The notes beneath the pieces were generated by a model. That model searched no databases, was not told where the DNA came from, and was given only the letters and a program-made list of their open reading frames with translations. Positions 39,430 through 52,081 of a DNA stretch of 64,000 bases are shown in pieces. The translations under genes were made by a program, and so were the position numbers. This DNA is from Perna viridis (Eukaryota), in assembly GCA_037379345.1 (NCBI GenBank), contig CM074515.1, positions 8,308,001-8,372,000 on the forward strand, written 5' to 3'. Every line of letters begins with the position of its first letter. The stretch's first letter is position 1.

Positions 39430-40110
39430 CAAACAGACTAAACGGACTAAAAAGAGAATACCCCCCCCCCGCTTCAAAGATACCAAGTCGGAGGTCTCAG
39501 CAATAGTTGCTGGTAAGTGGTTCAAGGTTCGGATGGTCCTGGGAAGTTTTTCTTCGTGACATCAGTTCGGGTATTGTACTGTTGAAATTTCTTTGAGCGT
39601 AGTGAGCTTGTCCTGCAGGTGGATGGTAACAGGTATTCGAAGGATGGAATGTCCACTAGGTCGTTGACTCTCTTAATTGAAAAAAAAATACAAGTTGGAT
39701 CTGTGTTGTTCTGGACTATAGTGTCTCCCATTCAAGGTAGTTTAGCATGTCGGTGAAGCTACTGGTGTTTCGATAACGCTTGGTGGCATACATTTCGGTC
39801 CTAAGTCGTACCATTTCAAGCTTCTTGCTGGTATGTACATTATATGGTTCCATATCGAGGCGCAGCATTCAAAGTTGGGTCTTACTAGTGTAAAGTATGC
39901 TGCTGATTCGGTTTCTTGGCTGCTGATTTTCAAATTTCTTTTGAAAAATCCTAACATACTATTTCCTTTCTTTACTGTTCGGTCAATGTGGTAGTTTCAA
40001 GAGAGGTTGGAGATAAGGTATTTGGTCGTGTCTGATGTTTGAAGTAGTTGGCCTTTTTGGTAGTTGTCATACAGTTTTGGTTTCTTCGTTCGTGTGACTC
40101 TCAGTACGCT
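39430..40110 (-). mobile_element. CR1/L2-like LINE RT 3' fragment
   Basis: LGFFKRNLKISSQET..AYFTLVRPN.E.CASIW. Confidence 0.7.
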
Positions 40111-40149
40111 GGCTGCAATTGTATGGATGGAACAATATTCCCAAAACTC

Positions 40150-42540
40150 TTTAAATTTTGGTAATAATGTTAGATTTTTATGTAGTTCTCCGCAATCCTG
40201 GTTGTTCCTTATTTGACATTTACTATAGTATATAGTTTGTGTTTGTAAATTAAATAAATTTCACACATTTCCATTCCATACTTTATATTTTTTTATATAA
40301 AAATGTCTATGTTTTCTCTGGTGGTGCTCTACCATATTTTTCTGGCAGCCTCTAAAGATGTCCCCTTCTGCTCATACACAATTTCTTGTAATTTCTGAAT
40401 AAAATCTGGTAGTTCACTTTCTTTGTAATCAGTATTGCGTTTTAGTTCACTGTTTAAACTTTCATTTGCATTTGTGGTAAAGTGTGCATAATCTAATCCC
40501 GTTATGATGTCAATCATGCATTGAGTGAGACGCATCATGGTCTTAATAATTTTTTTCTTGTACTTAACAAACCAATCGAAAAATTGTGCGTCTCTGGTGT
40601 TTCAGGCCTCAATTTCCCTTAATTACAAATGGATGTAAATCCAGAGAATTTCTCTTCAAATGCATGTTCTATTAAAAAATCAACTAAACCGAAATTGTTG
40701 CCGAAAATGTCACTTAAAAAACTGTTGAGAATTTGGACTGTTTTCCTTTCAGTGCTTTGGCGCACATGTCGATTCTACTAAAACTGTCAAAAATGGAAAC
40801 TTCAACGTCTGTTCCAATAAAAGGGTATCTGACATCTTTAAGTGATACTAAAGATGAGGCAAAGAAATCGTAGGAGCTTCCAGTTTTGATCAGATGAATA
40901 GGAACTGGTTCCAACATAATCGGGGGCTCGTTTGTTCTCCTTTGGATAAGTTTCAAGTTTTAATTATAAACCTATGGAATGACAACGATATTACCTATAT
41001 TAAAAGTTGGATCAATACTCAGTTTTGTACATTCAGTTTGTTTGTTGGGGTTTAACGCCCGAGCAGCAGTATTTCAGCTATATTCAGGCGATGAACATGA
41101 AGTGGATGATAAAATGAACATGAAATGATGATAAAATGAAAAATAGGATGTGACACAAGGACAATGGGGTCGACAAATTTTGATTGCCACTGGAAATAGA
41201 GAGAGGTGGGTAGGATCGGGCAATTTAGCTTCCTGTGGCGGAGCCCTATGGTTCCTACTCCGGATGAATACCACAGTAGGGTTTTTTAACGTATGAGAAA
41301 CGTGGCATCTTTTCCAACACGGTGCACCACTATGGTTTGCGGTCAGGTTTTCCGTATTATAGCCTGACAACCCCAGCATGTAACACACCAGGGGTACCCC
41401 GTTCCACCACCTGGGGCACACAACCCAGTTGCTCTGCGGGCAGAGCGCCCTAGCCCCCGGCTAAGGTTCTGAGCACTATTTAGTCGCCTTTTACGACAAG
41501 CTTAGCGCTGCTGCAGGCCTATTCTTTTGACATCCGGACCTGCACGGGTCTTGTACATTCAGAGGGATTTGTCGAGTAGAATTTCATTTATATAAGAGTT
41601 GAAGATTAGATGCCAGTACACATTTTAATTATGGTGCGCTTTGGTCGATCCTGGTGAGAGGGTTAGTAGTTAATTATTTGATCATTTCATACATATTGTC
41701 TTTGTTGGGAGTCTTTGGTCTTATATAATTGTCTGTTTAATGTTGTAGATTTGTAGAACATGTAGGATACATCTGCCTGTTCAAATACCGCATCAGGCAG
41801 TATGGTGTCAGTTAGCACTCGTTTGTTTCTTCTAACACATGGTGTGCTACTGGTTTCTTTACGTAACAAAAGTGGGAGGATCTCCATTAACTATGTATTG
41901 CCAGATAACGGATCGTGTTGGATTTTCATACAACTGACATTTAAACCCTTTCGTGTTATAGGTGGTTAAGTAAATTCTCGTCAACCAATATACTGAAGTT
42001 CTCATTACAGAGAGCACGAAGCTCTCTGTAATGAGAACTCCAGGACAGTCACAGACAACGTCATCAGACACTTTTACAGAAACGAAATTACTCTGAACAC
42101 GATTATTTTTAGCACCGCTAAGATGAATTCTCGCATCCTTTCTGTTTCGAAGATTTGACGTGTGAACAACATAACTTGAAGTCTTTACTGCATCCGCAGG
42201 CATATTGAATACAAAGTTTTCGTTTTTACCGTTAAAGATAAATCGACATTTCTGAACTGTATACGACTTTACTTTGTCATTATTGTCGGAGCTTTCACAT
42301 TTTACACAGGTATTATCGAATGCGGCATTCACATAATCATCGCACTCTTCTCGGTATTATCGTCTGACTTTGCATCAGTATCATCGGATTTCGAATTACT
42401 TTCACATACTAGTATTTGTTAAGCCTCTCTCTTTTTTTGGCCAATACCCCTCTTTGAGAAAGTCTCCCACATGGAAGACACAAGTCTCCATCTTCCACAA
42501 ATTTCTCCCCCAAAATCTCCCTCTTAGAAGAAATATTGCA
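40150..42540 (-). mobile_element. Decayed MULE transposase remnant
   Basis: KLSIDPTFNIG, IGTD.E, FTTNANESLNSELKR motifs in fragmented ORFs. Confidence 0.65.
41037..41550 (-). mobile_element. Non-autonomous retroposon (SINE-like) with 12-bp TSD
   Basis: TSD ttgtacattcag at 41025-41036 and 41551-41562; 3' end ...GGCGTTAAACCCCAAC(AAAC)n; 5' end GACCCGTGCAGGTCC. Confidence 0.85.
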
Positions 42541-42819
42541 TAAATTAAGTTCCAAATGACTTGCTATAAATACAATTTTTACGTAAAATTAATAATAATT
42601 TAGAAACAATCAACAAATAATTAATCTTTATATCCGTGGTTTTTTTAACAATATTTGATTAATTTGCTTTTTTTCAATTATCCTTAAATTGAGGAGGACG
42701 TGGATTGTGAATGGATTTGAAATAATTGAAGCGAAATACGTGTATCATCAAAATGTATGTCAATTAGAAATTATCACATTCATGTTGATTTATAAAAAGA
42801 AATAGTCATGTCGTTCCGG

Positions 42820-45800
42820 TTTTCTGTATCATGATCTACAATATGTTCTGTCAAATGCACATCGCTTAAAGGGGAAGCCCTTTGGCATCAAACAACAGTT
42901 TCCAGAAGAAATCGAATGAGCCTATATCCCATCATGAAGGCAAAACGCGATGCAGGCCATCAAGTTAAAGTAGTGAGTGATATTTTGTATGTAGATGGTT
43001 TAGTCTATCAGGAAGATGAACAGGACGACGATGAGGTTGGTAGAGCTGAAACGCCAAATGGATCATCAGGGCATGTGACACCTAACCGCCGCTCCGGTAA
43101 TACCATGAAACGACGACACATGAACACAACACCCTTGTAGAAGTCCCCTTGAGATCCAAATGCGGAGAACAGATATGACGATATAAACGAGACGAACAAT
43201 TTTAACTGTATTTTACAAAATGAACATATAAATATACTTACATTAAATTGTTGTAGTGTACTGAATAAAATGCATTATCCTGAATTTACATAACTGTTAC
43301 AAAATTATGATTTTATCTGTCTTACTGAGACTAGAACAGATGATTTAGACATGACATTCCAGGATACACTTTCAAATTGAAAAATAGAGAGTATAATGGA
43401 AACATTAAATCTGGAGGTACATGTATAGCTTTTGGGTTAAAAACTAATTTAGAACAAATTTTTAACACTATCGACTCTGCAAGTAAGCTAGTATACTGGG
43501 TCAAAATTTCTAAAACTTTATTCAAAACTGAGGAAGACATACTCTTCGGTAATATATACATACCACCAGAGAAATCAGTATACAGAGTAGATGATGCTAT
43601 AAACGAACTTCAGCAAGAATTTGTAGAATTATCAAACAATCACAACTATATATTACTAAATGGTGATTTTAACTGTAGAACTGGTAATGATCTAGATTTT
43701 AATGAATTAAATGTAAATAACAATTGTCCTGTAGATTTTGCCATTACTGATTATTGTAGTACATTACCAGAGCTTGACATGTTATATAAGCGTAATAGCA
43801 GAGATAAATCAAAAAATTATTACGGAAATAGATTATTAGATTTTTGTAGAAACAATAATTGTTTTATATTAAACGGAAGAGTAAATGGAGATAAATGTGG
43901 TGATTTTACTTGCAGACAAGCAAGTGTTGACTATTTTATTTGTACATATGCATTGTTAAATTTTGTTGTTACCCTAAATGTATTGAAATTTTCTGAGTTG
44001 TATTCAGATGTGCATACACCTGTTGCTCTTAAATTGAATTGTAAAAATGGACGAAACGTAGCAAACAGCACAAGTGAAGACTGTAATGATGATAGAAAAA
44101 ATATTGAAAAGTGGAATGAAAATAAGAAAAAATGTTTTATAGAAAATATAAATTTAGATAAAGTTGAAAATTTACTGCAACTTTTGAATACCATAAATGA
44201 AGATGTAGTTATAAATCAAGACAATGTAGATAACATAGTCACTGTAGATTCTTTCAATACAATTGTAATTGAATCTGCAGAGAGTGTTTTTGGTACATAT
44301 ACAGTTAAGAAGGATAAAAATACATGTAGTAAAAGAGAGAACAAACCTTGGTTTAACAAAGATTGTTGGCAAAAACGTAAGGCATTTAGAATAGCAAAAG
44401 GACGCTATAGAAACAACAAAAATTATATTAATAAGGAAAGAAAGATTGATTGATTGTTGGGGTTTAACGCCCGAGCAGCAATATTTCGGCTATATTCAGG
44501 CGAATAAGGAAGGAAAGACGAGTGCTGAACGTAGTTATAAACGAGAGTTAAATAGAAATAGAGCTATAAATTTACATTTACATTTCAGGGGAAACATTTT
44601 ACCGTTCTATAAGAACAAGGGAGAAAAGAGGGATCCAAAGAACTACAGGCTTATTACTATTCTAAGCTACCTTGGAAAACTTTTTACAGCTGTGTTAAAT
44701 ACTCGTCTTAGAGATTTTGTTGAGACATACTTTTTTCTAAATGAAAATCAATTCGGATTTAAAAAAGGTTATTGCACACCTGATAGCATCTATATTTAAC
44801 ATACATTATTTGATCTTTTGACATTAAAGAAGAAGAATTTGTTTTGTGCGTTCAATGATTTTGCTAAGGCTTTTGACACAGTCTGGCGTCCTTGCTTGTG
44901 GCGAAAGCTAATGGCAAGCACAACAAACGGAAAGATGCTCAATGTTATTGTAAATATGTACAGTAATGATAAGTCATGAATCTGTAATGGCACAGATTTT
45001 TCTGATTTTTTTCCATGTAATGTTGGTGTTCGATAGGGTGAAAACCCATCGCCCTTGCTTTTTTTCATTGTATTTAAATGATCTTGATGCTTTTTTCAAT
45101 AGCAAGAATATAGAGGGTTTGACCTATATTACTGATGATTTAGAAATAGAACTGAATCACTTTTTAAAACTGTTTACTGTATTATATGCTGATGAAACTG
45201 TCCTTTTGGCAGAGTCAAAGGAAGATTTACAAAACCAGTTAGTTGCACTATATGATTACTGTGAACTGAAGAAACTTAAAAGTGAATATAGATAAAACCA
45301 AAATTGTTATTTTTTAGCAAAGGAAGATTACCGAATAATTTGAGTTTTACGTATAATGAATCCGTATTGGAAATAGTAAATGAATTTAATTATTAAGGAG
45401 TAACTTTGACAAAATCAGGTAGTTTCCTACGAAGCAAAACTAGTAAATGCCAAGGAAGCTACAAGTGCAATGTATGAGATCATAAAGAAAGAAAGATTGC
45501 ATAATTTATCTATTGAATGTCAACTGCAACTCTTTGACAAGGTAGTTCAGCCAATATTTTTATTTGGCTGTGAAATTTGGGGACCAGGGGATAACCGCAT
45601 AATTGAGCGGGTACACTTAAAATTCTGTAAAATGTTATTACATTTGAAGAGTACCACACCAGACTACATGGTCTACAGGGAGCTTGGGAGATATTCTCTT
45701 GATATTTGCATCAAATTGAGAACAGTCAATTACTGGTCCAAATAAGTATTGGGGAAAACAAGAGAAACTACCTGTTATTTGCACAAACTTTGCTTACAAA

Positions 45801-46545
45801 AATTTTTTGATGGACAAAATATGATTTGGATTAACTTTATTAAATCCATGTTTGATAACTGTGGATTGTCATACGTTTGGGATACACAAAATTTTGTAAT
45901 ACCTGGCTTTATAACACTGTCAAACGAAAACTGACTGATCAATTTAACCAGTCATGGAATTCCCAAGTTCAGAATTCACCGACGCACTAAATTATAGAAT
46001 TTTCACAGAAAAGTTTGAGTTCGAACACTATTTGAGAGTTTTAGATCATAAAAAGGCGATCGGACTTTGTAGATTTAGAACTACAAATCATAACTTGCCG
46101 ATTGAATCTGGCAGATGGTGAAATATCAATCGAAATGACTGGAAATGCTTTTCATGTAACTCTCATGAATTGGTGATGAATTTCATTATCTTTTTGTTTG
46201 CTTCGCATTTGATATTGATAGAAGGAATAATTTGAAATTTAGATTTAGATCGCGTCCAAATATTCTTCTTATGAGAGATCTAACGCAAACTAAGAACGTC
46301 TCGGATCTTAGTAAATTATATAAATTAATTAATGCTATAATTAAAAAAAGTTGAATTCCCAATGGTAATAAATATGTTTAATAATGAAACGTTTTGATGT
46401 ACATCAGTAATGATTTCATAACCTGTTGTACTGATTTTCCTAATTATGTTGTATTACATATCATATATTTTGCCATTAGTACTACATTGTAATATTAACT
46501 GTCTCTATAGCACTGTAAAGATGTTTATTGAGAAATAAAAATATA
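42820..46545 (+). mobile_element. RTEX-like LINE (ORF1 C-terminus plus APE-RT ORF2), frameshifted
   Basis: ORF1 tail KGKPFGIKQQFPEEI; APE LTET, YIPP, GDFNCRTG, SDVH.P; RT NYRLIT, QFGF, DFAKAFD, LYADE; C-terminal ELGRY, CRFRTTNHNLPIESGRW; AATAAA tail. Confidence 0.85.
44446..44502 (-). mobile_element. 57-bp 5'-truncated copy of the 41037-41550 retroposon
   Basis: Matches the element's 3' end; 16-bp TSD aataagga(a)agaaaga at 44430-44445 and 44503-44518, one mismatch. Confidence 0.8.
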
Positions 46546-46812
46546 TATGTAGGTTGGGAAAGTTTGGGAAGTAAAACGTTATTCTACGAAGTTTTATTCA
46601 TTATGCATTCTTTGTAAATACTGTTTGTATGGGGACCCCAATAACTTGAATTGTATCCCCTTGCTTGTATTCTTTAGAAAATGAATGTTTAAACTAAACA
46701 TTAAGCTAAACTTCGATGTATGCTGTTTTCTATCGTAAAAAAAAGAAATGGCAAATGTTCTTTTTTTTTCTACCTTTGGGCTTTATTTTTTTCTAAAACC
46801 ATCATCCATGTA

Positions 46813-46897
46813 GAGATAACCGTACTGTATTGGAATATTTGCCACCGTCAAATCTAGATTAACGACGACAAATCTTCAAATACAGTACGGTTATCTC
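46813..46897. repeat. Imperfect palindrome (MITE-like)
   Basis: gagataaccgtactgtatt ... aatacagtacggttatctc. Confidence 0.7.
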
Positions 46898-48939
46898 CTT
46901 TCTAATGCAACTGTTAAATATATCTGTGACAGTAAACTATCTAAAAGTTCAGAAACATTAATATGTGATTTAAATGTCTCTGAAAAAAATCTGTAAAAAT
47001 AAATCTGCGCATGCATTAACATTTTAAGACAGTCAATATCGCAGAATTGACATTCTGAAACTTTTGGTGTTATCCATCCTAAGATTATAATCTATTTTAA
47101 TCCAATATGTTAGTCCTTATTCCAAATGTTCAAATGTCAGCCAAAGAAAGAATCACAGGTCCATTCCGAAGTTTATCACTGGAAAAAGTGTCAATTAAAC
47201 GATTATCATTTCAGACAAAGACAGGCACGTCGCACATGGATAGCTGAAGTAGACCGCGATCACATACTGATCCAAGCTATTTCAAAGATAATTAAGATAA
47301 AAAAACAAAACAAAAAACAAAACAAAACAAAACAAAAAACAAAAAAACAAAAAACAAAAACAAAAAAAAACATGAATCAGCAGTCACACTACATTAATAT
47401 CCAAACTTTAGTTAACTTAGACTTTCGAAAGCCAATCACTTTGTAATATTATTCGCATTTTTGAAGCGGACATGTTCCAAACCTCACAATAATTATACAT
47501 AAAGATGGAACTTTTACAGATTCTTTATTATATATAATGCCATTGTGCACCTCCTACTTTGTTTTATCCATCTTAATGATATTTATTTTGGGGTTTCTTG
47601 GTGCAAATGATGGATTTTGTCATTTGACGACAAAGCGAAAACAATCTTCTTGCAACTCCCCTGAAATCGCTGATAAGGAATTTGAAGAAATTTTCATCGA
47701 ATTCTTTACTATATGATGCCATTGTGGCCCTCCTAATTTGGGTTTTCACTTATCTGAATGCCTTAAATCACTTATTTGGAATACAATTTCTGGGTAGGGG
47801 AGCGTGGGGGGAGCTCACATTTTAAAGTTCTAGTATATGCAACTAAGAATTAAAACTCTGCCAAATGATACGACTGTATGCAAATATGCATAAGTGTTTA
47901 GGCGTTGTACGTAGACAGATAATTTATACACTTCCGTAGACTTGCTATATATATGACGCAGAAAATCAATGTAATTAACCTCTCTGATAACACCACTACT
48001 AATTTCTGTGAAAGAGGCCTCTCTACCGTAATAATTAGATTTGCTGTCAGAGGGATACATGCAATCAATAAATTTTTCATATATTCTTTAATATAAAGAG
48101 GACCTGTAGCAAGCCTTACACTTCCGTTGATATGCACTATGATCTATTTTTAGTTAAAAGTGCACTACGAACATATCGACTAAAATAATTCACGTAAATA
48201 AGCGAGGAAAAAGAACTTTTCCTCCACTGAGTTAGAGCCTTATCTCCCCATAATTAAAATACGTTTTAAAACGATTCCACGTGTGTAACTATTTTTAAAC
48301 AATATCATAAGGGAAATATCAGAATATTTATACCAGACATTTTAAATCACATTACACATGATATTAATGTTTCTATTTATACGTACCGATCAGAATCACC
48401 CAAGCAAAACCTTGATCAATGTTCTTCTTAGTCATAGTTTGCAATACAAAATCTAGTTTGCATATTAAGTCGCTGATCAAACAATCACATACCGCTCATC
48501 TGATTGATACTACTATATTATGACATTTTAGTTTAAGTACGGAACACTAAATAACCATAAATAATTGTATCATCTAGTCTTGAATTAGAGTTGTCTTTCT
48601 TCAATTCGTTTTTATATTTTAAAAAAGTAAGTCATTCAAACTAGTGCATTTTATTTTATTCTCTGTTTGACGACTGCGCCTTCAAAAATAAATAAACAAA
48701 AAACCTACAGAAATGATTCAAGACACGAAGATCGGTTTGTAGTCAACGTCGTCATTGTTACGGTGTCACTGCAGGGCTGCTAAAACTTCAATTTCAGTTC
48801 TGGTGGGTTCGTACCGCCTATTTCCATAGCAGCGGATAGGGTATGCAGTTTTAGTGATCACTGAATGTATTTGAATTCTTGTTATGATCGTTGCGTTTCT
48901 CCATATCCGTTCCTTTTAAGTCGCTGATATTGTTAGCTC

Positions 48940-49580
48940 GTAATTTCAGCCTATTATCTTGATACACACTTAGAAATCGATGGTAAAGGAGACCTACTGA
49001 CCAAACTTTATGACAAACGTGATGACTTTTCATACAGAATTGTCAACTTTCCTTCCATCTGCGGCAACATTCCTTCAGTACCTGCGTATGCAGTGTTCAT
49101 ATCAAAACTAATGCGTTATACCAGAGCTTGCCTAAACTACGCAGACTTCTTGTTTCGCGCTAGAATTCTAACAAGTAGGCTTCTGGAACAGGGTTATGTT
49201 GCTACAAGGTTGAAGTCATCACTACAGAAGTTTTATGGTCGTCATCATGAACTCGTGGATCGTTATGGTGTATCCATCTGCGCCATGAAAACTGATTTAT
49301 TCTACGTGTCCTTTTCTCGTTTGTCTACCCCCGACTTGACTTTTTATGAGCAACTCGGCGGGTGTTTTTAGAAAAGCAGAGGACGCTTACTCTACCGCTG
49401 CACCTGGTCCATGCTCCCAGTTTTTAGTGGAGTCCTCATTTGCTTTTGTTAATTTGTATGTATGATTTAAGTTACTTCATGTTCTTTGTTGTGTATGTCT
49501 GTTTTCCATGTCTGGTCTTTGTCCCTGTATTACATTCTTTTGATAATCGCTATAACCTTGGTTCCCTTGATTATTCTTTC
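48940..49580 (+). mobile_element. Penelope-like (Naiad-type) 3' fragment
   Basis: YLD...TKLYDKRDDF...VNFP...NIP...LKSSLQKFYGRHHELVDRYG; no downstream endonuclease. Confidence 0.85.
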
Positions 49581-51896
49581 AGTACTGTACATACGTATAT
49601 CATTTGCATAGTCATATTATGTTGAAGATGGGTGCCATAGAACTGTCATTTCTAGCTCAATACGAGATCAAAATGTACCTCTTAGATACCATACACATGT
49701 GTTCTACGTGTTTTTTACTTGTATGAGAGTGGGAAGTTTACATTAAAAGATGATGAAATGATCAGTTGTCATTGAACTTTCTGTAAATGAGAAACGCCTA
49801 GTCTCTGATTCAGGGAATGCCAGTTGTTTTGAGTGAGAAACTTTTGCGAATTAAGTCAACCGATCTTAGAGCGTATCGCATCTTCGCTACAGTTCATACT
49901 ATTGCAGATACACAAGAAGCTTATCGATCTTAGCCGATTGACGAACTGCTGTGTCATGCTACAATATAATCTAAAATATCCAGTCTAATTTTCGAAAAAG
50001 AAATACACTTATTTTGCTAGTTATGTACAAATGTACGATATCAAAATATATTCGTTGTTTTTCTACTATTGGTGTTCCAAACTTGTGTGGTTTTTTTTGC
50101 GTGTCTAAAGATTAAAGTTCATCCTGTTTGAAATCTATGCTATATATTTGCACAAAGTATAATAAGATTGCATATTATATGTGTTTAGTGCAATAGATAA
50201 AGATGGACACATACATAAACTACGTTATCCACACAACGTATCAAAATGTGAGCAAAACATCGCACTTTTCTTTGTCCCTAACGGAGCTCTAATGAAATTT
50301 AAATCCAATCGCAGATTTCTTAGATTTATAACATCTACAAAATAATTAAATAATTTTTTATTAGTTTACTCATTAGCTATCATTATCAAACTTATTTGAA
50401 TTGATAAATTGGGATAAAATTCGGCTATCGCACATGCAACTCAAAAATGCTCATTACCTCCAAAACTTCTGTGAACATACCAGCATCTTAAACTTACAAA
50501 TCTACCCCCCTTTTCCTCTGAATACATTTTCAGAACACATGTATATGCATTGAGATGTAAATTATTAATTTTAAAATAACGGGAAAAGCGGGATTAGTCC
50601 ATTTATGAACTGTGTTAACATTTCAATCGCTGAAATTCTAGCATGAACTAACAGCTGTAAGTAAACATAAAACATGGGGCGAAAACAATAAATTGTTGGT
50701 ACCTATGTTATAATGCAACTTGTGACATTGATTCCGAAATATATTTCAACATGGAATTGGGACATATTAACACTATTTCAATAAAAGATGACATTTTACA
50801 TTATCCCGCATCAATATTTTTGATTGATGTACATAGTTAGCTTACACTTTCTTTAAGGGTTATCCTATTAACCTTTACAACAGCAGTCTTAGAATTAATT
50901 GTTTATATTAGATTTCTTTGCGGGTTTTTGTTGCTAACCTTTGCGACAGCAGTCATAAGGTCGGATCAGATTGTTTATGTATTGTTTCGTAAGAAAGTCT
51001 TAATTGTGACCTTCTGACATTCCTACCTGGCGCATTTTATATACTTTTAGGCCCACGTAAAAGATTCCGGGTACCTCGAAGGGGTTAACATTACCAACAC
51101 ACGTACAATCCCTTCATAACACCTGCAACTACTCGACGATAGGAGGAATGTGATAACGAAAAGGACAATCAAAGGAGTGCACCCAGTGTTCACATTAGTG
51201 AACCTATCATAAACAATACTGAGTAAAACTCTGACTGTACACTTGTAACTACGCTAAGTGATTTATAATATATATATAATATGACTTCAAATATTGTGTT
51301 GGAAAAATTCGACGGTTCTGAATCTGGTCCACTTGCACTAAACTGGGTAGCAAAATTTCTCCAATGGGCTCACTTTTATGAATTGTCAGAAATCAAAACT
51401 GCTTGTTCGTTCCCGTTTCACCTAGAGAAGCATGTCAATAACTGATATGACTCCCTTCCGAATCCAACTAAGCTAAGCTTCCCCTCATTGATAACCGCCT
51501 TCAAAGAAAGATTTAAAAAAATCGCCTGTTACAATGAATTTATCTGCTTTAAAATGCTCACAAAAGCCAGACGAATCTGTCTGTGATGCGTCTACACAGG
51601 CCCTTATTATGCCACTTAAGAACACGACTGTACAGAATTAAAATGCACGCTCTTGTGGTAGAGGAAACATTGTTGGCAGCCAGTCTTCTTACCCCCTATC
51701 AGCGAACTAGAACGCTAATAGTGCAATAATGAACAAAAAGAATGACCATACTGTAACGCTGAACAAATCCCTTCTTTTGTGACAATAGTTTTGCTTTTAT
51801 TTATAGTAGACAATTTTTCCTTTTCGTTTGAAACAAAAGAAAACTGACAATGGCATGGATTGAGCACATTTTATTCAAATCAGTAAATTGACGACA

Positions 51897-52081
51897 TTAA
51901 TTCATTTCATCGACATCTGAGAGTACGGGATCGAAGTCAGAGATCTGTGAGACGAGATCATCTTGCGCCATGAATGTCGATACTGTCGACCCAGTACAGT
52001 TGTGGTGCAGACTTGGTAACACTGCTCTTCCCCCACGTGCTAGGGATCTAGGATGGACACATATGCCACGTGTTTGTCCAG
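51897..52081 (-). CDS. SHFL: SHFL last coding exon
   Basis: GQTRGICVHPRSLARGGRAVLPSLHHNCTGSTVSTFMAQDDLVSQISDFDPVLSDVDEMN*. Confidence 0.9.

Larger units (their letters stand above)
31710..48435 (-). pseudogene. SLC16-family monocarboxylate transporter (MFS), truncated in TM9; 4 exons, 335-aa chimeric ORF
   Basis: Exons 48387-48435 (MTKKNIDQGFAWVILI, matching the SLC16 DGGWGW-like motif), 33514-33657, 32912-33055 and 32380 to ~31768 (YFEKRRGFA, LIDIYGINGAMLILGGILLNICVGG). All junctions are phase-1 GT-AG. Transporter similarity ends at ~31768, where antisense Penelope-like sequence begins. I found no TM10-12 exons downstream. Confidence 0.8.
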
